Shown here one piece after another: positions 48,999-56,863 of a stretch of 64,000 nucleotides of DNA. This stretch comes from an uncultured virus (IMG/VR IMGVR_UViG_3300009605_000022). Taxonomy: Duplodnaviria > Heunggongvirae > Uroviricota > Caudoviricetes. The position numbers and the translations under genes are program-made. Under the pieces are notes generated by a model that saw only the letters and a list, made by a program, of their open reading frames with translations, made no database searches and was not told the DNA's origin. Position 1 is the first letter of the stretch. Each line of letters starts with the position of its first letter. The stretch lies in the IMG/VR virus record IMGVR_UViG_3300009605_000022. The stretch is one strand, 5' to 3'.

Positions 48999-49389
48999 CC
49001 TCGAGGCGGGGGCAAAGGCCATAGCCCCCTAGAGGTGTCAAAACTGCTTACGAAATACGTCTGGCCTTTTTGATAATCTTATTCGTTCTCTTCTTCCAAC
49101 CTCGTTCTAAGTAGGTATCGTAGCTCATAAGCCACACCCACAGCAAGGTGCATCTTCACACCCGCAGAGGACAATATAGTCTCCTGCTTCACTTATACCA
49201 GAGATGACCATGTCATCTAAAATATCTAAGATGCTCTTCATTTGGTCAACCCCAGCTTGATTGCTTTTAGTTGGTCCAATACTCCGGAATCAATTTTATT
49301 CTTTTGTATGGTTCTGCGTGCTACTCTCCTGAAGCGGAAAGCGTTTCTGGTGTCTTGTATTGTTTGTTCTAACATGTTTATCTCCTATC

Positions 49390-49554
49390 TTACCATACTC
49401 CACAGGCTATATAAAACCTTTCATCATCGAACCGTGGGTTCTCTGCTTCATACTTTTTTGCGAAGTCTTTTGCTACCTGCATCTTTACCGATGCCGGCCA
49501 TCCTGTTGTCCTTATTAGGTCTGCTGTTGCTTGAAAATCTTTTCTTGTGTTCAT
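49390..49554 (-). CDS. Small protein (TRKDF...A.I...NPRFD..RF..AC pattern)
   Basis: GAGG RBS; start at MNTRKDF; followed by further short ORFs down to about 49050. Confidence 0.7.
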   Translation of the reverse strand: MNTRKDFQATADLIRTTGWPASVKMQVAKDFAKKYEAENPRFDDERFYIACGVW

Positions 49555-49569
49555 ATTTATTTCCTCGTA

Positions 49570-49600
49570 TATTACCAATAGGGTGTCCCTATATAAGCTT
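49570..49600 (-). promoter_or_regulatory. Type-A promoter, copy 3
   Basis: (+) TATTACCAATAGGGTGTCCCTATATAAGCTT, identical to 50320-50350. Confidence 0.8.
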
Positions 49601-49742
49601 ACCGGTGCCTCCACTTTCTCATTCTCACCAGCATACTTTGAGTTTGTAAACTCCTGCTGTAGAACTCTTCGAATTCCATTTTACCACCATATGATTTATA
49701 GTGATGCCAATTTGCTAACCTTTGTGTTTCGTATTTAGTCAT
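49599..49742 (-). CDS. 47-aa hypothetical protein, probably leaderless
   Basis: Start at MTKYETQ directly under the type-B promoter. Confidence 0.6.
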   Translation of the reverse strand: MTKYETQRLANWHHYKSYGGKMEFEEFYSRSLQTQSMLVRMRKWRHR

Positions 49743-49746
49743 AGTA

Positions 49747-49796
49747 TACCAACGGGTGTGTCTATATAAAGCTTTTTTCACACGTGTGGAAAAGCT
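49747..49796 (-). promoter_or_regulatory. Type-B promoter plus boundary palindrome, copy 4
   Basis: (+) TACCAA..CTATATAAAGCTTTTTTCACACGTGTGGAAAAGCT. Confidence 0.8.
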
Positions 49797-50132
49797 GGCG
49801 CCCCGCCGACTTAAAAGAAGCCGGTTATGGGGGTAACCTGCGTTTAGCTGTCCTACCATTATAGGCTGGCTTACTAAACTGAAGATGCGTCGCTACGTTT
49901 AACGCTCGGGCGGACTTATGCCTAAGGCCCTTCGCCATCACTTGTCAGGCGTCTCCTATTGTCCACGATGCTGGACAGTTTATTAGACTGACTCATACAC
50001 TTGCCCTTTCCGTTGGGGGAACCTACTCCTTCGGCCTCCTTCTTACAGTGTTCGTGGACTCACGGAACATAATCTCTTTTGGGCTGAGTGTAATACTATT
50101 TTACTATTTTCATCGTCTCAGCCCGTTAGAGG
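49797..50132 (-). ncRNA. Candidate ~335-nt structured ncRNA
   Basis: More GC-rich than the genome; no credible ORF; begins with the same hairpin motif as 48647-48688; several hairpins; G-U pair in CCGGCUU/AAGUCGG supports the minus strand. Confidence 0.65.
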
Positions 50133-50140
50133 TGCGTGGT

Positions 50141-50209
50141 TTATAATTTTCTTGTTGCGTATGATATTCCTACTAACCATGTTAGTAAGCTACTTTGGTA
50201 TGTGTTCAT
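50141..50209 (-). CDS. 22-aa microprotein
   Basis: MNTYQSSLLTWLVGISYATRKL; GGAGG RBS; TAATG coupling. Confidence 0.45.
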   Translation of the reverse strand: MNTYQSSLLTWLVGISYATRKL

Positions 50210-50307
50210 TAGTCGCCTCCTTTTCTTATTAAGTATTGATAGTGAAATGGTCTACCGTTTTTCTTAAAGTCTTTTGCTAGCTTTGCCCAGTGTTGTCTTC
50301 GTGTCAT
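50209..50307 (-). CDS. 32-aa basic microprotein
   Basis: MTRRQHWAKLAK...; AGAGG RBS under the type-A promoter. Confidence 0.55.
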   Translation of the reverse strand: MTRRQHWAKLAKDFKKNGRPFHYQYLIRKGGD

Positions 50308-50319
50308 GTTTTTCCTCTG

Positions 50320-50350
50320 TATTACCAATAGGGTGTCCCTATATAAGCTT
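50320..50350 (-). promoter_or_regulatory. Type-A promoter, copy 4
   Basis: (+) TATTACCAATAGGGTGTCCCTATATAAGCTT. Confidence 0.8.
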
Positions 50351-50441
50351 ATCCCCTGAACTCCGTCCAGCACTCCCAACATAGTTGAGAGTTGAAAAGT
50401 GTATAAGTCATGCATGCTGATTTATTACATTCTTCGCACAT
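50349..50441 (-). CDS. 30-aa Zn-finger microprotein
   Basis: MCEECNKSACMTYTLFNSQLCWECWTEFRG. Confidence 0.6.
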   Translation of the reverse strand: MCEECNKSACMTYTLFNSQLCWECWTEFRG

Positions 50442-50442
50442 T

Positions 50443-50559
50443 TTATTCCTCACCGGTCCAAAATGTTGCGAACATTTCAGTATCGCAATCTTCACATAGT
50501 CCACCGAATAATTCGATATCTTCCAAGCCACAGTCTTCACATTGTTGTTTTAATTCCAT
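50443..50559 (-). CDS. 38-aa Zn-finger microprotein (not in ORF track)
   Basis: MELKQQCEDCGLEDIELFGGLCEDCDTEMFATFWTGEE; GAGG RBS. Confidence 0.6.
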   Translation of the reverse strand: MELKQQCEDCGLEDIELFGGLCEDCDTEMFATFWTGEE

Positions 50560-50687
50560 TTGTATTCCTCGCTAATATACCAACGCGAGGTAACATATAT
50601 TACTTTGGGTGGGGCCTATCGTCGTGAACCTCAAAATCCTAAACAGGGGTATATAAGGGGGCCAATCCCGCTCGCGTTTTTTGGTGA

Positions 50688-50715
50688 AATTTTTTTTCAC
50701 ACGTGTGGAAAAATT
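50688..50715. repeat. Module-boundary palindrome, copy 5
   Basis: AA-T-run-CACACGTGTGGAAAAATT. Confidence 0.8.
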
Positions 50716-50762
50716 GCTGGGGGTTTATATACCCCCTTTTCCGGCGAATGGACTATATATAC

Positions 50763-50903
50763 TTATAGCTGTTCGTGAATCTGGTCAACGATGTCATGAA
50801 GTATGTCTAACATATAACCACGAGTTAATACGTCATTATGACCATACTTATTTTTTTGCATCGAACCGATGTCAACTTTATCTAAATCAATTTCGAATTT
50901 CAT
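50763..50903 (-). CDS. 46-aa hypothetical protein
   Basis: MKFEIDLDKVDIG...; GGAGG RBS; ATGA overlap. Confidence 0.6.
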   Translation of the reverse strand: MKFEIDLDKVDIGSMQKNKYGHNDVLTRGYMLDILHDIVDQIHEQL

Positions 50904-51127
50904 TTTTCTACCTCCTTTATTTTTCCTGCCATTTCTTGAACCTCTTTTAGAACATACTTTGCAAAGTTATTCCAATCGGTTTTATTTCTTGAATCTTTTG
51001 CTAATGAATCCCATGCCATTATAGTGGACCTGAGATTATTGTAAGCGTTAGCTTCGTTTCTGATTTGCTCATTGCTTAATGCTGGGGCTTCTTCTGCCCT
51101 CTTGATGTAGGTGATTAACATGCTCAT
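50900..51127 (-). CDS. Hypothetical protein
   Basis: Operon packing. Confidence 0.6.
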   Translation of the reverse strand: MSMLITYIKRAEEAPALSNEQIRNEANAYNNLRSTIMAWDSLAKDSRNKTDWNNFAKYVLKEVQEMAGKIKEVEK

Positions 51128-51129
51128 GT

Positions 51130-51342
51130 TTACACCCCCAATTCATAGAAGCAGTCAAGGCATACCTTGTAGCCTCTTGCCCTGTGGGCTTGAACTGCAT
51201 CGTTGCAACACTCGCACATATCTTGTGCGTTGTTTAATTCTTTCATGCCTTGCTCGATGGCCATATCTAATTGGTGCATCATGCTGTCTAACTCGGTTAT
51301 TATTTCGTTGTTGTTCATATTTGTTTCCTCTGTATTACTCAT
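51130..51342 (-). CDS. Small Zn-finger protein (start may be at MNNNE)
   Basis: CECC...CLDC. Confidence 0.55.
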   Translation of the reverse strand: MSNTEETNMNNNEIITELDSMMHQLDMAIEQGMKELNNAQDMCECCNDAVQAHRARGYKVCLDCFYELGV

Positions 51343-51418
51343 AGCGACCTACTTAATAAAGGTTTCGTTGGGAGGGGTATACCCCCCCTACCCTAGGCCC
51401 CTACTGGGGGTGCCCCCC

Positions 51419-51733
51419 TTAGGCCCTCCTGTGCCCAGTGTTTGCCATACCTTGACATTCTGGCTCAGAGCCATATTGTCGGTAGTGTTCAGCAACCAAA
51501 GAAGCTTCATGTTCTAAAGCTTCCCATGGGTTTGAAAATTCTTTCAATACTATCATGGATACATCATGACCTTTTTTAGGCCTGTGTTTACTAAGTCTTG
51601 ACTGGGGGTCTTGAGTTAGTCCGTAATAGATTGCATCCTTATCTATTCCTTGTGTATAATCGACGTCAAAGAAGTGATAACTTGTCTTTTCTGTCTGTCT
51701 GGCTAGTTTGTATATATAGTAGTTGTTGTTCAT
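51419..51733 (-). CDS. GIY-YIG nuclease family protein
   Basis: YIY...YYGLT..P..RLSKH...ALEHE. Confidence 0.75.
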   Translation of the reverse strand: MNNNYYIYKLARQTEKTSYHFFDVDYTQGIDKDAIYYGLTQDPQSRLSKHRPKKGHDVSMIVLKEFSNPWEALEHEASLVAEHYRQYGSEPECQGMANTGHRRA

Positions 51734-51824
51734 ATTACTTACCTCTTACCTATACAGGGGCAACACCCTATATAAGCTTAAGTGTTTTAAAGGAGGGGGT
51801 ATATAAGTAAATCCAAGCAAATGG

Positions 51825-51902
51825 AAAAAAACGCAAAAAAAATGACAAAAAAATGCAAAAAATCGCGCAAAAAATGCGCTAAAAAAACGCCAAAAACGCG
51901 CC
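51825..51902. repeat. Seven helically phased A-tracts (intrinsically bent DNA)
   Basis: A5-A8 tracts start at 51825, 51835, 51847, 51857, 51869, 51881 and 51892. Confidence 0.8.
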
Positions 51903-52265
51903 AATGTCGCGCGCTATAAATTTATTAAAAATCGCGCTAATGTATATATTATCTTATTATATTATCTTTTTCAGTATACCCCCGTCTAAAAAAATCATGC
52001 CCCCACCTAAACACACAGGCGCCTAGGGGTTTAAACAAATCGAGCCATTTTTTGAAAGCACTAAATAAGAATATACTATAAGCACTGTGTTTAAACTATA
52101 TATCGCTAAGTATCTCTTGCATTATTAATCAAGCTCTTTTAACCATGCTCTATTAGTCTCTCTTACGCGCGTAGGATAGCCAGTGAACTGAGAAGCAAGC
52201 TCTACATACCACAACTCTTATATACTCTGAGGTAGTATAATTATATACAAAAAAGGAAACTAACT

Positions 52266-52751
52266 ATGTCCAAAAAAACCCAAAACGCAATTAAGTGGAT
52301 GTGTAACGACATTCGCGATTTGCTAATAGAAAAGAACAAGGCCTATGGCAACTCAGCTATAGACCCTGAGAACATATTCAGTAAGCTCGATAATGCACAA
52401 GCTATCTGTGCACGTATCGATGATAAGCTAGCTCGTATAAAGAACAGAGGGCTAGATGATAAAACAGAAGACACACTTGATGACCTCATAGGTTATTTAG
52501 TATTGCTCAAAGTCGCGAGGAGCGAGGAGGCAGCTAATGTGACTGTATGGACCATGTGTAATTGTGCGTTAGGGTGTACTATGTGTAGCAAGAGCTGTGA
52601 TTGCGTTTGCAATATGGAGCCTAATACATCTGATAAGTTTAGCGACTATAGCGAAGGTTATGCACCTCCGTGGAGTCAAGAGATAGAAAAGGTAACGGTC
52701 TTTGTTAGTGACCCCGGAGATGAAATGAAGCCTATAGAGAAAAAGGCTTAA
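52266..52751 (+). CDS. Nucleotide-modification-associated (MazG-fold, DUF1599-like) protein with Cys-rich tail
   Basis: EKNKAYGNS...RIDDKLARI...EDTLDDLIGY. Confidence 0.65.
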   Translation: MSKKTQNAIKWMCNDIRDLLIEKNKAYGNSAIDPENIFSKLDNAQAICARIDDKLARIKNRGLDDKTEDTLDDLIGYLVLLKVARSEEAANVTVWTMCNCALGCTMCSKSCDCVCNMEPNTSDKFSDYSEGYAPPWSQEIEKVTVFVSDPGDEMKPIEKKA

Positions 52752-53827
52752 TGGAGCTTAATATGATTGAGATAAAACATTTAATGAAAGACTCTTTAGT
52801 GCCTTTGGCTTTAGAGAGAGGAGGAACTGTAAAGCCTCTTATAATACCAGCAGCCGAGACCGGTGGGTTAGGATTATGCAACCCGTCGATATACCACGTA
52901 CCTAAGACATCTAAGTACTTGATTAATGTGCGTAATGTATCTTATTACTTACACCACTGTGAAGGAGACCAGAAGTACCAAACACCATGGGGTCCTTTGA
53001 ATTATGTAAGACCAGATAACGATGCATACCTAAGAACTAAGAATTTTATATGCGATTATAATTTAGGACAGGGTAAGATAACCAAGCATAAACTATTAGA
53101 TACATCTAAATTTAAGAAAGAACCTGAGTGGGACTTTGTAGGATTAGAGGATGGACGTATAGTGGAGTGGGAAGGTAAAACATATTTAACCGGCGTTAGG
53201 CGCTACGCGCCTGATGGCAAAGGAAGGATGGTGCTGTCTGAAATTGAGATTACTAAAAAAGGAGTCAAGGAAGTTGGTCGATATGTGATGGACTCTCCTA
53301 ATGGTCCTGAAGAATACTGTGAGAAGAACTGGATGCCTATCTTAGATATGCCATTCCATTATGTTCATACAGCTAACCCACTTAAGATTGTCAAAGTAGA
53401 TATAAATGAAAAGTGGAAACATAACCCAATAAAGTATAGGTGTCCTGTTAACGTAGTACACGAAGGTAAAGAAGAGATACCTCTACAGTTAGACCCTCGT
53501 GGCAGTTCACAACTTGTACCATGGAAGGATGGTTATCTATGTGTAACACATGAATGTGACTACTGGCATAATGAGAAAAATGACAGAGACGCACATTACT
53601 ATCACAGGTTTATATACTGGGACAAAGAATGGAACCTAAAAGGATATTCACAACCGTACAAGTTTATGGATGGTAGAATAGAATTCTGTTGTGGTATGGC
53701 AGGTCACCCTGATGCACAGTGTGATGACATGCTTATAACATATGGCTTCCAAGATAATTCTGCTTATGTACTACACATAAAAGAAGACCATATACTAGAG
53801 TTATTGGAGCATTCAAATAAGGAATGA
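52751..53827 (+). CDS. Beta-propeller glycosidase/phosphorylase-like protein
   Basis: NPSI, GLEDGR, EKNWMP, RGSS, YYHRF, IEFCCG, YGFQD. Confidence 0.6.
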   Translation: MELNMIEIKHLMKDSLVPLALERGGTVKPLIIPAAETGGLGLCNPSIYHVPKTSKYLINVRNVSYYLHHCEGDQKYQTPWGPLNYVRPDNDAYLRTKNFICDYNLGQGKITKHKLLDTSKFKKEPEWDFVGLEDGRIVEWEGKTYLTGVRRYAPDGKGRMVLSEIEITKKGVKEVGRYVMDSPNGPEEYCEKNWMPILDMPFHYVHTANPLKIVKVDINEKWKHNPIKYRCPVNVVHEGKEEIPLQLDPRGSSQLVPWKDGYLCVTHECDYWHNEKNDRDAHYYHRFIYWDKEWNLKGYSQPYKFMDGRIEFCCGMAGHPDAQCDDMLITYGFQDNSAYVLHIKEDHILELLEHSNKE

Positions 53828-55449
53828 ACAATTACTGGAAAACCACAGCGTGGCCTACGCTAGAGATAACAACCTCAATTCCTAAAGCAGGATGCGTAGT
53901 TGATTGTGTCTTTTGTCCACAACGAGTCTTACAGAAAGTATGGGATGCTGAGAAGTTCACTACTAACGCAGCTAGAACTATGAAGCTCGAGGACTTCAAG
54001 ATGGTAATAGATAAATTACCTAAAGAAGTGAGGATTACTTTCTCAGGGTTCACCGAACCTTGGTTAAATAAAAATACTACTGACATGTTGTTATATGCAC
54101 ATGAGCAGGGACATAGGGTATCCGTATTTACTACAGCAGTAGGTATGCAACTCAAAGACGTTGAAAGAATAAAAGACATTCCATTCTGTGGTGGACCTAA
54201 TGGTGGGTTTACTTTACACTTACCTGATACAGAAAGGTTAGCCAAACATCCAGTAAATAAGAAGTACATTAAAGTAGTTCAAGCACTTAAAGACGCCAAT
54301 ATCAATAATTTTCAAACGATGTCTATGGGCATGGTTCATGAAGAGGTGGTAGATATTTATCCAGACGAAGAAGTCAATAAATATGAAATGTGGCACAGAG
54401 CAGGTAACCTATTAGGTGAAGCTCAACTTAAACCAGAAGTAAAAGAAGTATGGGATAGATTTAAATCAATAATGCATGAGGATGAAATGACATGTGGTTG
54501 TGTAGAAGATTTATATCATAATATCTTATTACCTAATGGTGAAGTATCTTTATGTTGTATGGATTATAATTTAGAAGAGATACTTGGTAATTTATATACT
54601 GAAGAGTATGACGACATACTACCACCACCAAATACTACATATGATATGTGTAGCAGGTGTGAGAATGGTGTTCCACCTATGAAACTAAGTGGATGGGAAG
54701 AAGAGATAACAATAAACCCACAAGGAACATCACCAGAGAGTAATGCACCTATTCTCGTCAAAGAAGAAACAATAGATAGATTAGATTATAACAATTACTT
54801 TGTTCCAGAAGCTATGGTACAATATTTAGATAATAATAAAGTTCCAGAGCATGAAATAATAAACTGGGCTAAGAATAACTTCTGTCATAACGAAAAGACG
54901 TTTGTAGACATAGGAGCACATGTTGGTACATATACATGGACACTAGCACCGTTCTTTAGTAGTACAGTTAGTTTCGAACCTACTAAGTCAACATATAATT
55001 ATTTATGTGGAAACGTAATGCTTAAGAACCTGTCAAAGAAAGTTACAACTCATAACGTAGCTTTAGGTGCAGAAGAAACTACCATGATGTTTTACGAAAG
55101 AAGTAAAGATGGTGGTACTAATGGATTGAACTTAGATTACAACAATGGTAAATGGTTAGGTAATGACCAAGACCACTACGAAGTAAAAGTAAATAGATTA
55201 GATGATTATAAACTAATGAATGTAGGATTTATAAAAATAGATGTAGAAGGCTATGAGCTTGCAGTATTAAAAGGAGCAACCACAACATTACAGAACAATG
55301 GTTACCCTCCAATACTATTCGAAAGCTGGCCTGCTAACAATCCAGAGAATACTTTATTGAAAGATAATTTATTTAATTACTTATTCGCATTAGGATACAA
55401 AATAGGAAGTACACCACACCCCGAGATATTTATAGCAAGGAAAGATTAA
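53824..55449 (+). CDS. Radical SAM/SPASM protein fused to an FkbM-family methyltransferase
   Basis: CVVDCVFC, FSGFTEP, NGEVSLCCMD, C..C; then VDIGAHVG, SFEP, IKIDVEGYE..VLKG. Confidence 0.85.
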   Translation: MNNYWKTTAWPTLEITTSIPKAGCVVDCVFCPQRVLQKVWDAEKFTTNAARTMKLEDFKMVIDKLPKEVRITFSGFTEPWLNKNTTDMLLYAHEQGHRVSVFTTAVGMQLKDVERIKDIPFCGGPNGGFTLHLPDTERLAKHPVNKKYIKVVQALKDANINNFQTMSMGMVHEEVVDIYPDEEVNKYEMWHRAGNLLGEAQLKPEVKEVWDRFKSIMHEDEMTCGCVEDLYHNILLPNGEVSLCCMDYNLEEILGNLYTEEYDDILPPPNTTYDMCSRCENGVPPMKLSGWEEEITINPQGTSPESNAPILVKEETIDRLDYNNYFVPEAMVQYLDNNKVPEHEIINWAKNNFCHNEKTFVDIGAHVGTYTWTLAPFFSSTVSFEPTKSTYNYLCGNVMLKNLSKKVTTHNVALGAEETTMMFYERSKDGGTNGLNLDYNNGKWLGNDQDHYEVKVNRLDDYKLMNVGFIKIDVEGYELAVLKGATTTLQNNGYPPILFESWPANNPENTLLKDNLFNYLFALGYKIGSTPHPEIFIARKD

Positions 55450-55451
55450 CA

Positions 55452-56111
55452 ATGAGACAAATAGAAATAAAATTAGAAGAATACCTAGCAGACCCCACAG
55501 AACCAATGACCAGTTTCAACATGGGACTTGAGTATGAACTCATAGGGCAGTATGCCTCTGCAATGGGATACTATCTGAAAGCAGCTGAATTAACAGATGA
55601 TGATAAGTTAGCATACGAATGTTTACTTAGAAAAGCAATGTGTTATAAAGAGTTACCAGATAGATGGGCACATGTAAGAATTAATTGTTTACACGCAGTT
55701 AGTTTGATGCCAGAAAGACCTGAAGCATATCATTTGCTGTCTGTAGCTTACGAGAACACAGGCAATTGGATAGAATCATATACATGGGCTAAAGTAGGAC
55801 AAAGATTAAATGGAATAGCTAAGAATGATATATTAAGAACAGATGTACAATATGCTGGACATTATGTATTAAGATTTCAACAAGCTGTTGCAGAATGGCA
55901 TCTAGGTAGATTCCAAGAATCAATAGACCAATTCAAAGCTTTACTTGAAGAAGAACCTTTAGACTTAGCTTATCAAGGTCATTGTAAATGGAATGTAGAC
56001 CACCTAGAAGGTAGAGATGCAGATGCACTTGCTGGTATTAAGAAAGGTAAGAGCACTACTGATAAAGATGAGATAATTAAAAAGATAATGGAGAAACAAC
56101 AAAAGAAGTAA
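55452..56111 (+). CDS. TPR-repeat protein
   Basis: Helical repeats: AMGYYLKAAE, PERPEAY, GRFQES. Confidence 0.7.
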   Translation: MRQIEIKLEEYLADPTEPMTSFNMGLEYELIGQYASAMGYYLKAAELTDDDKLAYECLLRKAMCYKELPDRWAHVRINCLHAVSLMPERPEAYHLLSVAYENTGNWIESYTWAKVGQRLNGIAKNDILRTDVQYAGHYVLRFQQAVAEWHLGRFQESIDQFKALLEEEPLDLAYQGHCKWNVDHLEGRDADALAGIKKGKSTTDKDEIIKKIMEKQQKK

Positions 56112-56113
56112 TT

Positions 56114-56863
56114 ATGTTAGATGAGCTAGAAGATGTAGGTTGGATATCCGAAGAAGACTTCAAAGAGATGAAGAGTCTCGGTATAGAAACCCCTAAAGAG
56201 TATTTTAAATATAAAGATAATATAACCACTAGAGATGTAGAAGATATATTATTAGAATCAGTAAAACATGTTACAGTTAAAGAAGGCTCATTACCTACAT
56301 TGATTGTTATCGACGATTTCTTTAACGACCCTGATTCAGTAAGAGACTTTGCTATGACTAGAGACTTTGTACCACGTGGAGAACATGGTGCAGTAGGGCA
56401 CAGAACTTTAGTTCACCATCATTTTGATGGAGTAAGAGAACACTTTGAAAAAGTACTTGGTTCTAAGATATTAGATGGAAAAGACATAGGTGGTTGGGAT
56501 TACCAACCTAATGGTACATTCCAACACTGTATGGCAGAAGACCCTTTTGTTATTCATGCAGATGACCAACAATGGGCAGCTATGGTATATCTAACACCTG
56601 ACGCACCACCAGAGTGTGGAACTTCTATGTATAGACATAAAGAGTCAGGAATGGATGCAATACGTAAAAAGGAGTGGCACATATTTAAAGAAAACTTTTA
56701 TGATGCAACACCCTTTGAGTTAGTAGATAAGATAGGAAACAAATACAATCGTTGTGTGATTATGGATGCTAAACTAATACACGCAGCTTCACAATACTTT
56801 GGCGACAATATAAAAAATGATAGATTATTTCAAATATACTTTTTTGATACGGAGAACAAATAA
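56114..56863 (+). CDS. 2OG-Fe(II) oxygenase (DUF6445-like)
   Basis: IDDFFNDPD.VR, HAD, YLTPD...GT..Y, YNR...H, RLFQ. Confidence 0.8.
   Translation: MLDELEDVGWISEEDFKEMKSLGIETPKEYFKYKDNITTRDVEDILLESVKHVTVKEGSLPTLIVIDDFFNDPDSVRDFAMTRDFVPRGEHGAVGHRTLVHHHFDGVREHFEKVLGSKILDGKDIGGWDYQPNGTFQHCMAEDPFVIHADDQQWAAMVYLTPDAPPECGTSMYRHKESGMDAIRKKEWHIFKENFYDATPFELVDKIGNKYNRCVIMDAKLIHAASQYFGDNIKNDRLFQIYFFDTENK

Noticed and set aside
48583..50163. Shared 12-mer TTGTTGCGTATG at about 48583 and 50152
   Set aside because: One copy lies inside the 22-aa ORF, and the position relative to the shared hairpin differs between copies; may be chance.
49390..50540. Long-start versions of ORFs 49390..49614, 49599..49859, 50209..50415 and 50349..50540
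   Set aside because: The extensions run through promoter repeats (identical 'SLYRDTLLVI' is the translated promoter A) or another gene; shorter starts with an RBS or leaderless geometry fit better.
47327..50715. CRISPR array or mini-array reading of the repeated 31-mers, given a Cas4-like gene in the window
   Set aside because: Repeats are hundreds of bp apart, contain TATA boxes and flank genes; no 30-40 nt spacer pattern and no other cas genes. Solo Cas4-like nucleases are common in viruses.
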